DNA of 64,000 nt from assembly GCA_963674975.1 (NCBI GenBank), contig OY771913.1, forward strand, positions 2,315,484-2,379,483, written 5' to 3'. Below, piece after piece: positions 43,160 through 51,955 of this stretch; position 1 is the first letter of the stretch, and each line of letters begins with the position of its first letter. The notes under the pieces were generated by a model. It made no database searches and was not told the DNA's origin. It saw only the letters and a program-made list of their open reading frames with translations. The translations under genes were made by a program, and so were the position numbers. The DNA comes from Anaerolineaceae bacterium (GTDB taxonomy: Bacteria; Chloroflexota; Anaerolineae; Anaerolineales; Anaerolineaceae).

Positions 43160-43429
43160 CATGCCTCCAGAAATAAAAAATCCTTTCATCTCAGAGGACG
43201 AAAGGATATGCCTTGCGCGGTACCACCTCACTTCGCAAATATTGCGCTCTTTTACGGAACCATCATTCCGCTTCTGCTGTAACGGGCTTACCCGTGCTGT
43301 TCTACTCTCTATTTGATTTCTTCAGCAAATCCCGTCAAGCGACTTCGATTCGTTCAATCCCGCGGAGGCTTTCAGCCGGAGCGCTCCTTCTCTACCGGAA
43401 TGCCTGAATTTACTAATCTTGACGACCTT
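43160..43429 (-). promoter_or_regulatory. T-box riboswitch leader of valS
   Basis: Minus strand contains GUAGAGA (Stem I GA motif), the T-box sequence AGGUGGUACCGCG (43216-43228) and a terminator directly before the SD (GGAGG) and ATG. A candidate specifier is GUC (Val) at 43341-43343 in the context CGAA-GUC-G. Confidence 0.8.
43175..43208 (-). terminator. T-box terminator hairpin
   Basis: Minus strand: AUCCUUUC-guccucugagau-GAAAGGAU followed by UUUUUU. Confidence 0.8.
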
Positions 43430-43435
43430 TTCACG

Positions 43436-43464
43436 ATTATACAGGGTTCAAAATGGAATGTCAA
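43436..43464 (-). promoter_or_regulatory. Consensus sigma70 promoter of the valS leader
   Basis: Minus strand reads TTGACA-17 nt-TATAAT exactly. Confidence 0.6.
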
Positions 43465-43515
43465 TTGAAAAGAAGGAAGTGCAAAGAAGAATTTATACTG
43501 ATAAGATTATTCCAT

Positions 43516-44904
43516 ATGAAAAAGTTGATACGAATTCTATTTCTGGCTGTCTTTTTATTAACTGCCTGTGCAACACAAAATGTGGCAATACAGGAAACTG
43601 CAACTGCGGTTGAAAATACCAGCACTGCTGTTCCAACCATTACGGCAGCGCCAACATCCACCCCTAAAGTTAGTTCAGAACAGCAGCTTACTTTCTGGCA
43701 TCCATGGACGGGGACGAAGGCTGCCAGTATTGCCGCACTGATCGAAGAATACAATGCGAATAATGAGGATGGGATCATCGTGGATGTGGTTGCGGCAGGA
43801 GATGAAGATTTTCTTATTTCAAAGGTAGATGCTGCCATTGATAGTGGAGAAATCCCTGATCTGGTGGCGGCACCGGCAGATTATCTAAGAACTTTATATA
43901 CCGGGCAGGATATTCTCGCTGCTCTGGATGATTTTGTGAATGACCCTGAAAATGGGATTACAGAAGAAGAACAGAAAACGATCCCCACGGCATATTGGAG
44001 TGAAGATATCCTCAATGGGGAACGATACGGCATCCCTGCGGAGTATAAACTGCATTTTCTTTTCTACAATCAAACATGGGCGCAGGAATTGGGTTTCGAA
44101 AGCGCTCCTACCAGTTCGGAAGAGTTCCTGAACCAGGCTTGCACAGCTGCCAGATACAATGCAAATGATGCGGATGATGGAAATAACGGCACTGGCGGAT
44201 GGATCTATAATACCGATCCGGTGACCCTGTTGAGCTGGATGCAGGTGTTTGGAGGGGGGGAGATCCCTACCGATACAACGCGTGGATTCAGTTTTAATAC
44301 TGCAGAAAATCAAAACGCGCTGGAATTTTTACGCACCATCTATCAGGCGGATTGTGCCTGGACAGGAAAAGAAGAGATCCCCTACCGTTATTTTTCAAAG
44401 CGCTATGCCCTTTTCTACAGCGGCAGCACAGCGGATTGGGAACGGCAGATCACCATGGATGGGATCGAAGAAAATGAGGATGATTGGACGATCATCGCCT
44501 ACCCCGGAAATGATGGAACAACCATCGTAAATGGGGAAGCTCTTTCTTATGGCATCTTCCAAACGGATCCGGAAAAGGAACAGGCTGCCTGGAACTTCAT
44601 GCACTGGTTGCTCTCCGAAGAAGCGCAGCAAAGCTTGAGCGAAGAAACCTACAGCCTGCCGATCAGTTTATCGGTAGTGCAGAATATGGGTGATTTCCTC
44701 GCTGAAAATGCCAGGTGGCAGCGTATACTGACCTATTTACCGCTCTCCAAGCCAACCCCCGTAAGCAGCAGCTGGAAATTGATCAAAAATTTACTGCAAG
44801 ATATGGGCTGGCAGCTGACCCTGTATACGATGAAAGCAGCGGATATCCCCACCATTCTTGAAGATCTGGAAAATATGGCAAACGAAGGTATCAATGATAA
44901 TTAA
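43516..44904 (+). CDS. ABC transporter extracellular solute-binding lipoprotein (family 1, sugar-type)
   Basis: I chose the start at MKKLIRILFLAVFLLTAC (lipobox). The track start at 43453 would overlap the valS promoter. The gene is about 460 aa, with no permease or ATPase genes adjacent. Confidence 0.7.
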   Translation: MKKLIRILFLAVFLLTACATQNVAIQETATAVENTSTAVPTITAAPTSTPKVSSEQQLTFWHPWTGTKAASIAALIEEYNANNEDGIIVDVVAAGDEDFLISKVDAAIDSGEIPDLVAAPADYLRTLYTGQDILAALDDFVNDPENGITEEEQKTIPTAYWSEDILNGERYGIPAEYKLHFLFYNQTWAQELGFESAPTSSEEFLNQACTAARYNANDADDGNNGTGGWIYNTDPVTLLSWMQVFGGGEIPTDTTRGFSFNTAENQNALEFLRTIYQADCAWTGKEEIPYRYFSKRYALFYSGSTADWERQITMDGIEENEDDWTIIAYPGNDGTTIVNGEALSYGIFQTDPEKEQAAWNFMHWLLSEEAQQSLSEETYSLPISLSVVQNMGDFLAENARWQRILTYLPLSKPTPVSSSWKLIKNLLQDMGWQLTLYTMKAADIPTILEDLENMANEGINDN

Positions 44905-45340
44905 AGAAAACAACGAAGTGCTTATCTATACGGATGGCGCCTGCGATCCCAATCCCGGAAAAGGCGGCTGGGGAGCGATCATTCTGGAAGATGGAAAAGA
45001 AAAGATACTGAAAGGATCAGAAGCAGAAACAACCAACAACCGCATGGAACTGACCGCAGCCCTGAGGGCGATTCAAGCGATCAAAGAAAAGAAGAAGATC
45101 ACCATTTATACCGATTCAAGGTATTTGCAGCAGGGCATTGAAGAATGGATGCCCAACTGGATAGCGAGAAACTGGAAGCGCAAGGGCGGCATTCTGGCGA
45201 ATAAAGACCTCTGGCAGGATTTGTCGGCGGAGATCGCGCACCGCACCATCAAATGGAAATGGGTACGCGGGCATGCCGGGCACCGCTACAATGAGCGTGT
45301 GGATAGAATTGCACGGGAAGCAGGCAGATACGGAAAATAA
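44894..45340 (+). CDS. rnhA: Ribonuclease HI
   Basis: IYTDGACDPNPGKGGWGAI, NNRMELTAALRAI, IYTDSRYL and KWVRGHAGHRYNERVD. I chose the ATG at 44894 (GAAGG 5 nt upstream), which overlaps the preceding gene by 11 nt. Confidence 0.85.
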   Translation: MIIKENNEVLIYTDGACDPNPGKGGWGAIILEDGKEKILKGSEAETTNNRMELTAALRAIQAIKEKKKITIYTDSRYLQQGIEEWMPNWIARNWKRKGGILANKDLWQDLSAEIAHRTIKWKWVRGHAGHRYNERVDRIAREAGRYGK

Positions 45341-45368
45341 AAAGTGCCGATGAAGATCAGCACTTTTT
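45341..45368 (+). terminator. Intrinsic terminator after rnhA
   Basis: AAAGTGC-cgatgaagatca-GCACTTT followed by TT. Confidence 0.65.
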
Positions 45369-45371
45369 CAA

Positions 45372-45443
45372 AGGCGACGACGGGATTTGAACCCGTGATG
45401 AGGGTTTTGCAGACCCTTGCCTTGCCAGCTTGGCCACGTCGCC
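45372..45443 (-). tRNA. tRNA-Cys (anticodon GCA)
   Basis: Reverse complement: GGCGACG-UG-GCC-AAGCUGGCAA-GGC-A-AGGGU-CUGCAAA-ACCCU-CAUC-ACGGG-UUCAAAU-CCCGU-CGUCGCC-U. Confidence 0.9.
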
Positions 45444-45458
45444 ATATTGAGGTAATCA

Positions 45459-45488
45459 ATTATAAAGGGACGGGGGTCGCTTTGTCAA
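45459..45488 (-). promoter_or_regulatory. Consensus promoter for tRNA-Cys
   Basis: Minus strand reads TTGACA-18 nt-TATAAT. The -10 ends 15 nt upstream of the tRNA 5' end. Confidence 0.5.
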
Positions 45489-45511
45489 CGAACCCATAGA
45501 AAGATATATCT

Positions 45512-45542
45512 GAAAAATAAAACGCAGAGGGTTGGCTCTGCG
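45512..45542 (-). terminator. Terminator after tRNA-Gly
   Basis: Minus strand: CGCAGAG-ccaacc-CUCUGCG followed by UUUUAUUUUU. Confidence 0.65.
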
Positions 45543-45548
45543 CTTTAG

Positions 45549-45622
45549 AGCGGGCAACGGGAGTCGGACCCGTAAACCTCTTCCTTGGCAAGGAAGCGTT
45601 CTACCAATTGAACTATGCCCGC
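45549..45622 (-). tRNA. tRNA-Gly (anticodon GCC) with atypical T-loop
   Basis: Reverse complement: GCGGGCA-UA-GUUC-AAUUGGUA-GAAC-G-CUUCC-UUGCCAA-GGAAG-AGGUUU-ACGGG-UCCGACU-CCCGU-UGCCCGC-U. The T-loop reads UCCGACU, with C where the near-universal U55 is expected, and the variable region is 6 nt. Confidence 0.8.
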
Positions 45623-45634
45623 ATAGGTAGAACG

Positions 45635-45663
45635 ATTATATTCGGCTTTAAAAAAGTTGTCAA
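45635..45663 (-). promoter_or_regulatory. Consensus promoter for tRNA-Gly
   Basis: Minus strand reads TTGACA-17 nt-TATAAT exactly. The -10 ends 12 nt upstream of the tRNA 5' end. Confidence 0.55.
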
Positions 45664-45806
45664 CACTTACAGGTAAATTTGGGGCAGGTCCTCTTTAGTT
45701 TTTCCTCCAGCACTCTTATAATTACCATATTGGAAAAGTTTGGGGAGTATAAAAACTTACTTGGGCTATTAAACTCAAATCGAGAGAATAAAAGGAGCAA
45801 AACATT

Positions 45807-46556
45807 ATGAAGCACCTGCGATATCTTATAAGCATTGGCATCATGGCAGTTTTAATAACAAGCTGCCAAACACAACCACCGACCGAAAATTCTGCTCTTG
45901 AAAGTCCAACTGCTGCTGTGATTCCTGCTGAAGATGAAAAATCTCCAACAAATGAACCCAAACAGGAGCAAATCTCATTCTTAATTTCGCCTGAAAACTG
46001 CGGCTTATCCAATGGTCCATTGCCTACTTTATCCAATCCTGAACTAACTTCGATACGTTCGGTGGAGAATTCTCTGGGGGGTGGAGTAGTGCAGAGCAAG
46101 GAATTCACGATGGAATTGCTTCTATATTGTGATCCTGCTTTCAACTCGGATGCTGATCAACCTTATTTCAGCGATATCGATGGTTTGGCAGTTTACCATA
46201 ACTGGAAATATGACGCATCCTATGATAGCGGGCTTATCAATGTATTTTTTGGAATCGATCCTGATATTCAATTGCAAAGCGGGGAAGGACCTACGACCCA
46301 CCAGGGACATGTATCACAGGGGCAGAGCACAGGCATCGTTTTCCCTGCGGATGCTTCCTATGATTTTTCTACTCCAACGCCTTTGCGCTTCATTTACATC
46401 ATACGAACCCAATCCGGTCAATTATCCGGTGCAGTACTTCAATTCGATTTACAGAAAACCTCGGATGGTCTTCAACCAACGAATATTTTTGTACAATCCA
46501 TATCAGATTCCGAATTTACAAACTATGAAGAAATTCTACCAACAGTCAATCCATAG
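45807..46556 (+). CDS. Hypothetical lipoprotein
   Basis: 249 aa. Signal peptide with lipobox ITSC. No family recognised. Confidence 0.5.
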   Translation: MKHLRYLISIGIMAVLITSCQTQPPTENSALESPTAAVIPAEDEKSPTNEPKQEQISFLISPENCGLSNGPLPTLSNPELTSIRSVENSLGGGVVQSKEFTMELLLYCDPAFNSDADQPYFSDIDGLAVYHNWKYDASYDSGLINVFFGIDPDIQLQSGEGPTTHQGHVSQGQSTGIVFPADASYDFSTPTPLRFIYIIRTQSGQLSGAVLQFDLQKTSDGLQPTNIFVQSISDSEFTNYEEILPTVNP

Positions 46557-46659
46557 AGAGTATTGTAAGTTTTCCTTTTTCAATGAATACTCCGGGAACG
46601 ATGATCTTTTACACCCCTTTTTATATGTATGAAGAGTTAGAGATTGGGAATGAGATTTA

Positions 46660-47238
46660 TCATTGGTATGTTGTGTAAATACTCAATACTGCATCTGCGT
46701 AACGGTAACCCACATCAATGGGACCGTAATGATAGAGCGCTTCCTGCTGACTGCCATATTTTTCAATCAATCCTGCCAGCATGCGCGAACCATAATTGAT
46801 ATTGAAAGCCGGGTCGAATAATTCCTGCATGGAAGGGCGGCTGCGGAAACAGGGTAGATCATCACAGAGGAAGCTTTCCGCGATGCCGTCGGAGGGCATT
46901 ACCTGCATCAAACCCACAGCACCGCTGACCGAATAAGCCTCCGCGTTTCCGCCGCTTTCCTGCAAGATGACAGCAGCGATGAAATTCGGGTCAAGCTGGT
47001 AGCGCTCCGCGCTTTCTGCGATCAATCCTTCCCACTGTAGAACGCTTTCGGGATAGGTTCGGGAGAGTACTGCTGTAGGAGAGGTATTTGCTTCCTGTAC
47101 AGGCGCACCAGAACTGCTGGATGCCAGGGTAACGCGCGGAGTGCTGACCAGGCAGACCAATCCGATCACCGCGCCGCAAATCACTAGAATACCGGGAAAG
47201 AAATATTTACTTGGGTTCATATCCCCATAATAGAACAA
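46660..47238 (-). CDS. Lytic transglycosylase (SLT domain) protein
   Basis: 192 aa. N-terminal TM, then AVILQESGGN...GAVGLMQV (catalytic Glu context) and AFNINYG. Confidence 0.75.
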   Translation of the reverse strand: MFYYGDMNPSKYFFPGILVICGAVIGLVCLVSTPRVTLASSSSGAPVQEANTSPTAVLSRTYPESVLQWEGLIAESAERYQLDPNFIAAVILQESGGNAEAYSVSGAVGLMQVMPSDGIAESFLCDDLPCFRSRPSMQELFDPAFNINYGSRMLAGLIEKYGSQQEALYHYGPIDVGYRYADAVLSIYTTYQ

Positions 47239-47296
47239 ATGTACTATATTGTCAAGAGGATGATAATAAAAAACGGAGCGTTGCGCTCCGTTTTGG

Positions 47297-48361
47297 TTAT
47301 TCCATGCTGATCACTTGCGATTCCCAGCGGTGCCAGCCGCCGAAATTGCTCTGCAAGATACTGCGCCCTTCGCCGGGGCAGGGAAGCCCCTGCAGTTCGA
47401 GGTCGGCATCCACCATGATGCGCACCAATTCGTGGAACTTGACCTTGGGTTTCCAGCCGAATTTCTTTTCTGCCTTGGAAGGATCGGAAAGCAGGTAATC
47501 TACTTCGGTGGGACGGAAGTAGCGTGGATCGATCTCCACGTAGTCTTCGTAATTCATTCCGGCATAAGTAAAAGCTTCCTGTAAAAATTCTCTCACGGTG
47601 TGTGATTCACCGGTGCCGATGACGAAATCATCTGCCTTGTCTTGCTGCAGCATCGTCAACATGGCTTCTACATATTCCGGGGCATAACCCCAGTCGCGTT
47701 TGGCGTCCAGGTTGCCGAGATAAAGCTTCTTCTGTTTTCCAGCTTTGATGGCGGCTAAAGCACGCGTGATCTTGCGGGTTACAAAGGTTTCACCGCGGCG
47801 CGGACTTTCATGGTTGAACAGGATCCCATTGCAGGAATAGATGCCGTACGCATCACGGTAGTTGCGTGTGATCCAGTAGGCATATACCTTTGCGGCTGCG
47901 TAAGGGCTTTGCGGTTCAAACAGGGTATCTTCATTCTGTGGTGGTTTGGCAGCGCCGAACATCTCGCTGGATGAAGCCTGATAGAACTTAGCTTGTACTT
48001 CTGCTTTTCGCACCGCTTCCAGAATGCGCGTGGTGCCCAAACCGGTCACGTCACCGGTATATTCCGGCATATCAAAACTTACCCGTACATGCGATTGAGC
48101 AGCCAGGTGGTAGATCTCATCCGGTCGGATGTTATAAACCATATGCTGCAGCGTTTCACCTACAGCAATATCGCCATAATGCAGATAGAGATGGATCTTA
48201 TCGCCATTATGGGGATCGTGATAGATATGGTCAATACGGCGGGTATTAAAAGTACTCGCCCTGCGGATGATCCCGTGCACTTCATATCCTTTAGAGAGCA
48301 GAAGTTCTGCCAGATAGGAGCCATCCTGACCGGTAATTCCTGTGATTAATGCTTTTTTCAA
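47297..48361 (-). CDS. gmd: GDP-mannose 4,6-dehydratase
   Basis: 354 aa with [29 protein letters not shown] and [12 protein letters not shown]. Confidence 0.9.
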   Translation of the reverse strand: MKKALITGITGQDGSYLAELLLSKGYEVHGIIRRASTFNTRRIDHIYHDPHNGDKIHLYLHYGDIAVGETLQHMVYNIRPDEIYHLAAQSHVRVSFDMPEYTGDVTGLGTTRILEAVRKAEVQAKFYQASSSEMFGAAKPPQNEDTLFEPQSPYAAAKVYAYWITRNYRDAYGIYSCNGILFNHESPRRGETFVTRKITRALAAIKAGKQKKLYLGNLDAKRDWGYAPEYVEAMLTMLQQDKADDFVIGTGESHTVREFLQEAFTYAGMNYEDYVEIDPRYFRPTEVDYLLSDPSKAEKKFGWKPKVKFHELVRIMVDADLELQGLPCPGEGRSILQSNFGGWHRWESQVISME

Positions 48362-48466
48362 GCGCTTCCTCCAAAAATTGGATTAATGCCCAAAGTATAG
48401 CCCAGCCACTCGAAGATTGTCAATCGAATTAACAGCCTGTAAAATGCTGTATTTTCTCCAATTGAG

Positions 48467-50902
48467 TTACGCTTTAGTGAAAGTCAGGCTTTTCCCATCT
48501 TCTCCAAGGTCGATTTTTACCTTGTCTCCAGATTTGAAAGTTCCTGAGAGCAGGTCAACCGATAGCGAGCTTTCAATATATTTCTGCAGGATGCGCTTGA
48601 GTGGTCTGGCGCCGAAGTTAGGATCAAAGCCTTCTTTGGCGATCCACTCGCGGGCTGCCTTTGAAAGCTGGATCTGCAGTCCCTGTTCTTCAAGTCTTTC
48701 CTGGATTTCTTCCATCTGAAGGTCGACGATCTTAAGCATTTGTTCTTCATTCAACTGCGAGAAGATGATGATCTCATCGATCCTGTTTAAAAATTCAGGG
48801 CGGAAAGTGCTCTTGAGCGCTTTCTCGATCTTTTCATGCGAGAGTTTTTCTTCATCACTGCTGTCGGGCTGCAGGAATCCCAGTGTGCCGCCGTTGTGGA
48901 TGAATTCTGTGCCAAGGTTGGAAGTCATAATGATAACCGTGTTGCGGAAATCCACGATCCTTCCCTGTCCATCGGTCAAGCGACCATCATCCAGTATCTG
49001 CAGCAGGGAATTCCATACTTCCGGATGGGCTTTTTCGATCTCGTCAAACAGGATCACTCGGTATGGACGCCTGCGAACGGCTTCTGTGAGCTGCCCGCCT
49101 TCTTCATATCCGACATATCCGGGAGGGGCACCGAAGAGTTTGGAAACGGTGTGCTGCTCGCGGTATTCGCTCATATCCAGGCGGATCAATGCGTCTTCAT
49201 CGTCGAACATGAATTCAGCCAGCGCTTTTGCCAGCTCGGTTTTTCCAACGCCGGAAGGACCGATGAAAATAAAGGAACCTACCGGTCGTTTCGGGTCTTT
49301 CAAACCGGAGCGGGCGCGCCGAATCGCATCCGCGATCGCAGAAATTCCCATATCCTGTCCAATTACCCGTTCGTGGAGTTTTTCTTCCATGTGCAGCAGG
49401 CGATCAGCTTCGGTCTGCATGATCTGGTTGACAGGGATGCCCGTCCACTGTGCGATCACTTCGGCAATATCATTTTCATCCACGACTTCGTCGAGTTTAT
49501 GTTCGCTTTCCCATTTATCACGCTTGGTGTTGAATTCTGATTCCAGTTTCAACCGTTCTGCTTTCTTGCGGGCAGCGGTTTCATAATCTCTCTCTATGCC
49601 GGCGTGTTCTTCTTCTTTCAGGACCTTATCGACTTTGTTTTTTAATTCTTTCAGGTCAGATGGGAGCGAATATAAAGCTACCCGCAGTTTCGCGGCAGAT
49701 TCGTCCATCAGGTCAATAGCTTTATCGGGTAAAAAGCGTTCCGTCACATAACGTGCGGATAATTTTGCGGCGCTGACCAATGCCTGATCGGTGAAATGTA
49801 CTTTATGGTGCGCTTCATAACGGTCACGCAGCCCCTGCAGCATGGAAATGGTATCTTCAATCGATGGTTCATCCACATATACCGGGGCAAAGCGTCTTTC
49901 GAGCGCGGCGTCTTTTTCAATATATTTCTGATATTCATTCAGCGTTGTTGCCCCCACGCACTGCAGTTCGCCGCGCGAAAGGGCTGGTTTGAGCATGTTG
50001 GAGGCATCCATGGCGCCCTGCGCCGCCCCTGCTCCGACCACCGTATGCAGTTCATCGATGAAAAGGATAATCTCACCGGCAGAGCGCTGGATCTCTTCGA
50101 GAGACGCTTTGAGGCGCTCTTCGAATTCACCGCGAAAGCGGGAACCGGCGATCATGGCACCCAAGTCCAAAGAAATCACTTTCTTACCGCCAAGAATTTC
50201 AGGCACATCGTTATTGGCGATCTTTTGTGCCAGACCTTCTACAATGGCAGTTTTCCCAACGCCTGCTTCACCGATCAGTACCGGGTTGTTCTTTGTGCGG
50301 CGGGAGAGTACCTGGATAACACGCAGGATCTCTTTATCGCGACCGATCACCGGATCCAGCTTATTTTCACTGGCAAGTTTGGTGAGATCGCGAGAATATT
50401 TTTCGAGTGTGCGGTAGCGGGTTTCTGCTTTTCTATCCGTCACTTTCTGCCCGCCGCGCAGTTCATTAATAGCATCTAGAACACGCTCTTTGGTAACGCC
50501 GTTATCTTTCAGCAAGCGGGAAGAGGGGGTATCTTTTTCCTCCACGACCGCCAGAAAGAGGTGTTCGGTAGAGATATATTCGTCTTTCAATTTTGTTGCT
50601 TCTTGATTGGCGACTTCAATGATCCTCTTGACGCGCGGGGTGATGAAAACCTGCCCCGTGCCGCCGCCGTAGATGCTGGCTTTGGGGCTTTCCCGCAGCA
50701 TCTCGTCCAGACGATCTCTTAGAACGTCCACATCAACAGACATGTTTTCAAGCAGTTGACTTACCACACCCTGGGGTTGTTCGATCAATGCCAGAAGAAT
50801 ATGTTCTGTGTCTATCTGATTATGTCCGTAACGCTGAATGATCTCGGCTGCTTTCTGGGCAGCATCTTGAGCGCGCTCGGTGAATCGGTCAAATCGCATC
50901 AT
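48467..50902 (-). CDS. clpC: ATP-dependent Clp protease ATP-binding subunit ClpC-type
   Basis: 811 aa. Clp_N repeats, two AAA+ modules ([16 protein letters not shown]), a linker coiled coil and a ClpB_D2-small domain. Confidence 0.9.
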   Translation of the reverse strand: MMRFDRFTERAQDAAQKAAEIIQRYGHNQIDTEHILLALIEQPQGVVSQLLENMSVDVDVLRDRLDEMLRESPKASIYGGGTGQVFITPRVKRIIEVANQEATKLKDEYISTEHLFLAVVEEKDTPSSRLLKDNGVTKERVLDAINELRGGQKVTDRKAETRYRTLEKYSRDLTKLASENKLDPVIGRDKEILRVIQVLSRRTKNNPVLIGEAGVGKTAIVEGLAQKIANNDVPEILGGKKVISLDLGAMIAGSRFRGEFEERLKASLEEIQRSAGEIILFIDELHTVVGAGAAQGAMDASNMLKPALSRGELQCVGATTLNEYQKYIEKDAALERRFAPVYVDEPSIEDTISMLQGLRDRYEAHHKVHFTDQALVSAAKLSARYVTERFLPDKAIDLMDESAAKLRVALYSLPSDLKELKNKVDKVLKEEEHAGIERDYETAARKKAERLKLESEFNTKRDKWESEHKLDEVVDENDIAEVIAQWTGIPVNQIMQTEADRLLHMEEKLHERVIGQDMGISAIADAIRRARSGLKDPKRPVGSFIFIGPSGVGKTELAKALAEFMFDDEDALIRLDMSEYREQHTVSKLFGAPPGYVGYEEGGQLTEAVRRRPYRVILFDEIEKAHPEVWNSLLQILDDGRLTDGQGRIVDFRNTVIIMTSNLGTEFIHNGGTLGFLQPDSSDEEKLSHEKIEKALKSTFRPEFLNRIDEIIIFSQLNEEQMLKIVDLQMEEIQERLEEQGLQIQLSKAAREWIAKEGFDPNFGARPLKRILQKYIESSLSVDLLSGTFKSGDKVKIDLGEDGKSLTFTKA

Positions 50903-51013
50903 AATACTTGTCTCCTACGTTAATCGGCATTATAACATTTGCCAATAGAATGATATACCAAAGCCATAAAAAGAATATTAGAAAAACCGCTGATAGAATA
51001 ATTAAAATTTTAT

Positions 51014-51955
51014 ATGATAAACAAAAAAATTCGCCCACTCAAAATATCTACGGATCTCAAGCAGATCGCTGCGCTTTTGGAGATCTGTTTTTCCGATTCA
51101 ATGGATGAAGATGGAAAACGTTATATCGCCTACCTACGAGAGTTTTCACAAACCATTCTTTTCACGAAGATTGCTGAGAAAAACCCGGAAAAATATTCGC
51201 TTCCCGCTGAAGGATTTGTCTATGAGGATAAGGGAAAACTGATCGGGAATATCACGCTGTCTCCTATGAAATATGGAGAAGAAATCGTATATCTTGTTTC
51301 GAATGTTGGAGTACTGCCACAGCACAGGGGGAAGGGAATTGCTAAAATGCTGACCAAAACAGCGCTGGAATATATCGAGTGCCAGGGGGTAAGACAGATC
51401 TGGCTGCAGGTGAAGCAGGAAAATCAAGCTGCGGTTGACCTGTATCGGCAGTTCCAGTTCCAGCCTTTTATGACCCGCACAACCTGGATCGGAAAACGTG
51501 AAAATCTTTTCCTGAAAAAATATGATGAATATTCATTACGGAAAAGAAAAAATGAAGAATGGAAGACTCAGAAGGAACTTCTGGAAAGGGTCTATCCGGG
51601 GGAATTAACGGCTACGTATGGGTTTGAAACCGCCTCGATGCAGCCCAAACTGCATAATTTCGTTAAAAACTTCGTACGCGGAAGGATCACCAACCATTGG
51701 GCACTCAACATTGACCAACAGGTTGGTTTTGTCAGCTATGATCTCTTCCCGGATCAGAATTATGTGAATTTATGGCTGGCTGTTCCACAAGAGTTGGAAC
51801 CGAAATTCATTCAGATTATGCTGCCTACCGTCCAAGCTCGTATCTTCAATGAAATACGGGTAAATTATCCGGAAAAAGAGTGTTCAGAATGTTTTCTGGC
51901 GGCAGGAATGCAGGAATTGAACACTCTTCAATGGATGCGTGCCTATCTCAGTTGA
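51014..51955 (+). CDS. GNAT-family N-acetyltransferase (two-domain)
   Basis: 313 aa with VLPQHRGKGIAKMLTKTALEYI, the acetyl-CoA-binding motif. Its 3' end overlaps the convergent gene by 8 nt. Confidence 0.65.
   Translation: MINKKIRPLKISTDLKQIAALLEICFSDSMDEDGKRYIAYLREFSQTILFTKIAEKNPEKYSLPAEGFVYEDKGKLIGNITLSPMKYGEEIVYLVSNVGVLPQHRGKGIAKMLTKTALEYIECQGVRQIWLQVKQENQAAVDLYRQFQFQPFMTRTTWIGKRENLFLKKYDEYSLRKRKNEEWKTQKELLERVYPGELTATYGFETASMQPKLHNFVKNFVRGRITNHWALNIDQQVGFVSYDLFPDQNYVNLWLAVPQELEPKFIQIMLPTVQARIFNEIRVNYPEKECSECFLAAGMQELNTLQWMRAYLS

Noticed and set aside
48765-49586. Long plus-strand ORFs antisense to clpC (also 48836..49540 and 49796..50479), and 63098..63820 antisense to tuf
   Set aside because: They are Ser/Arg-rich, low-information translations opposite highly conserved genes. 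These are typical shadow ORFs.
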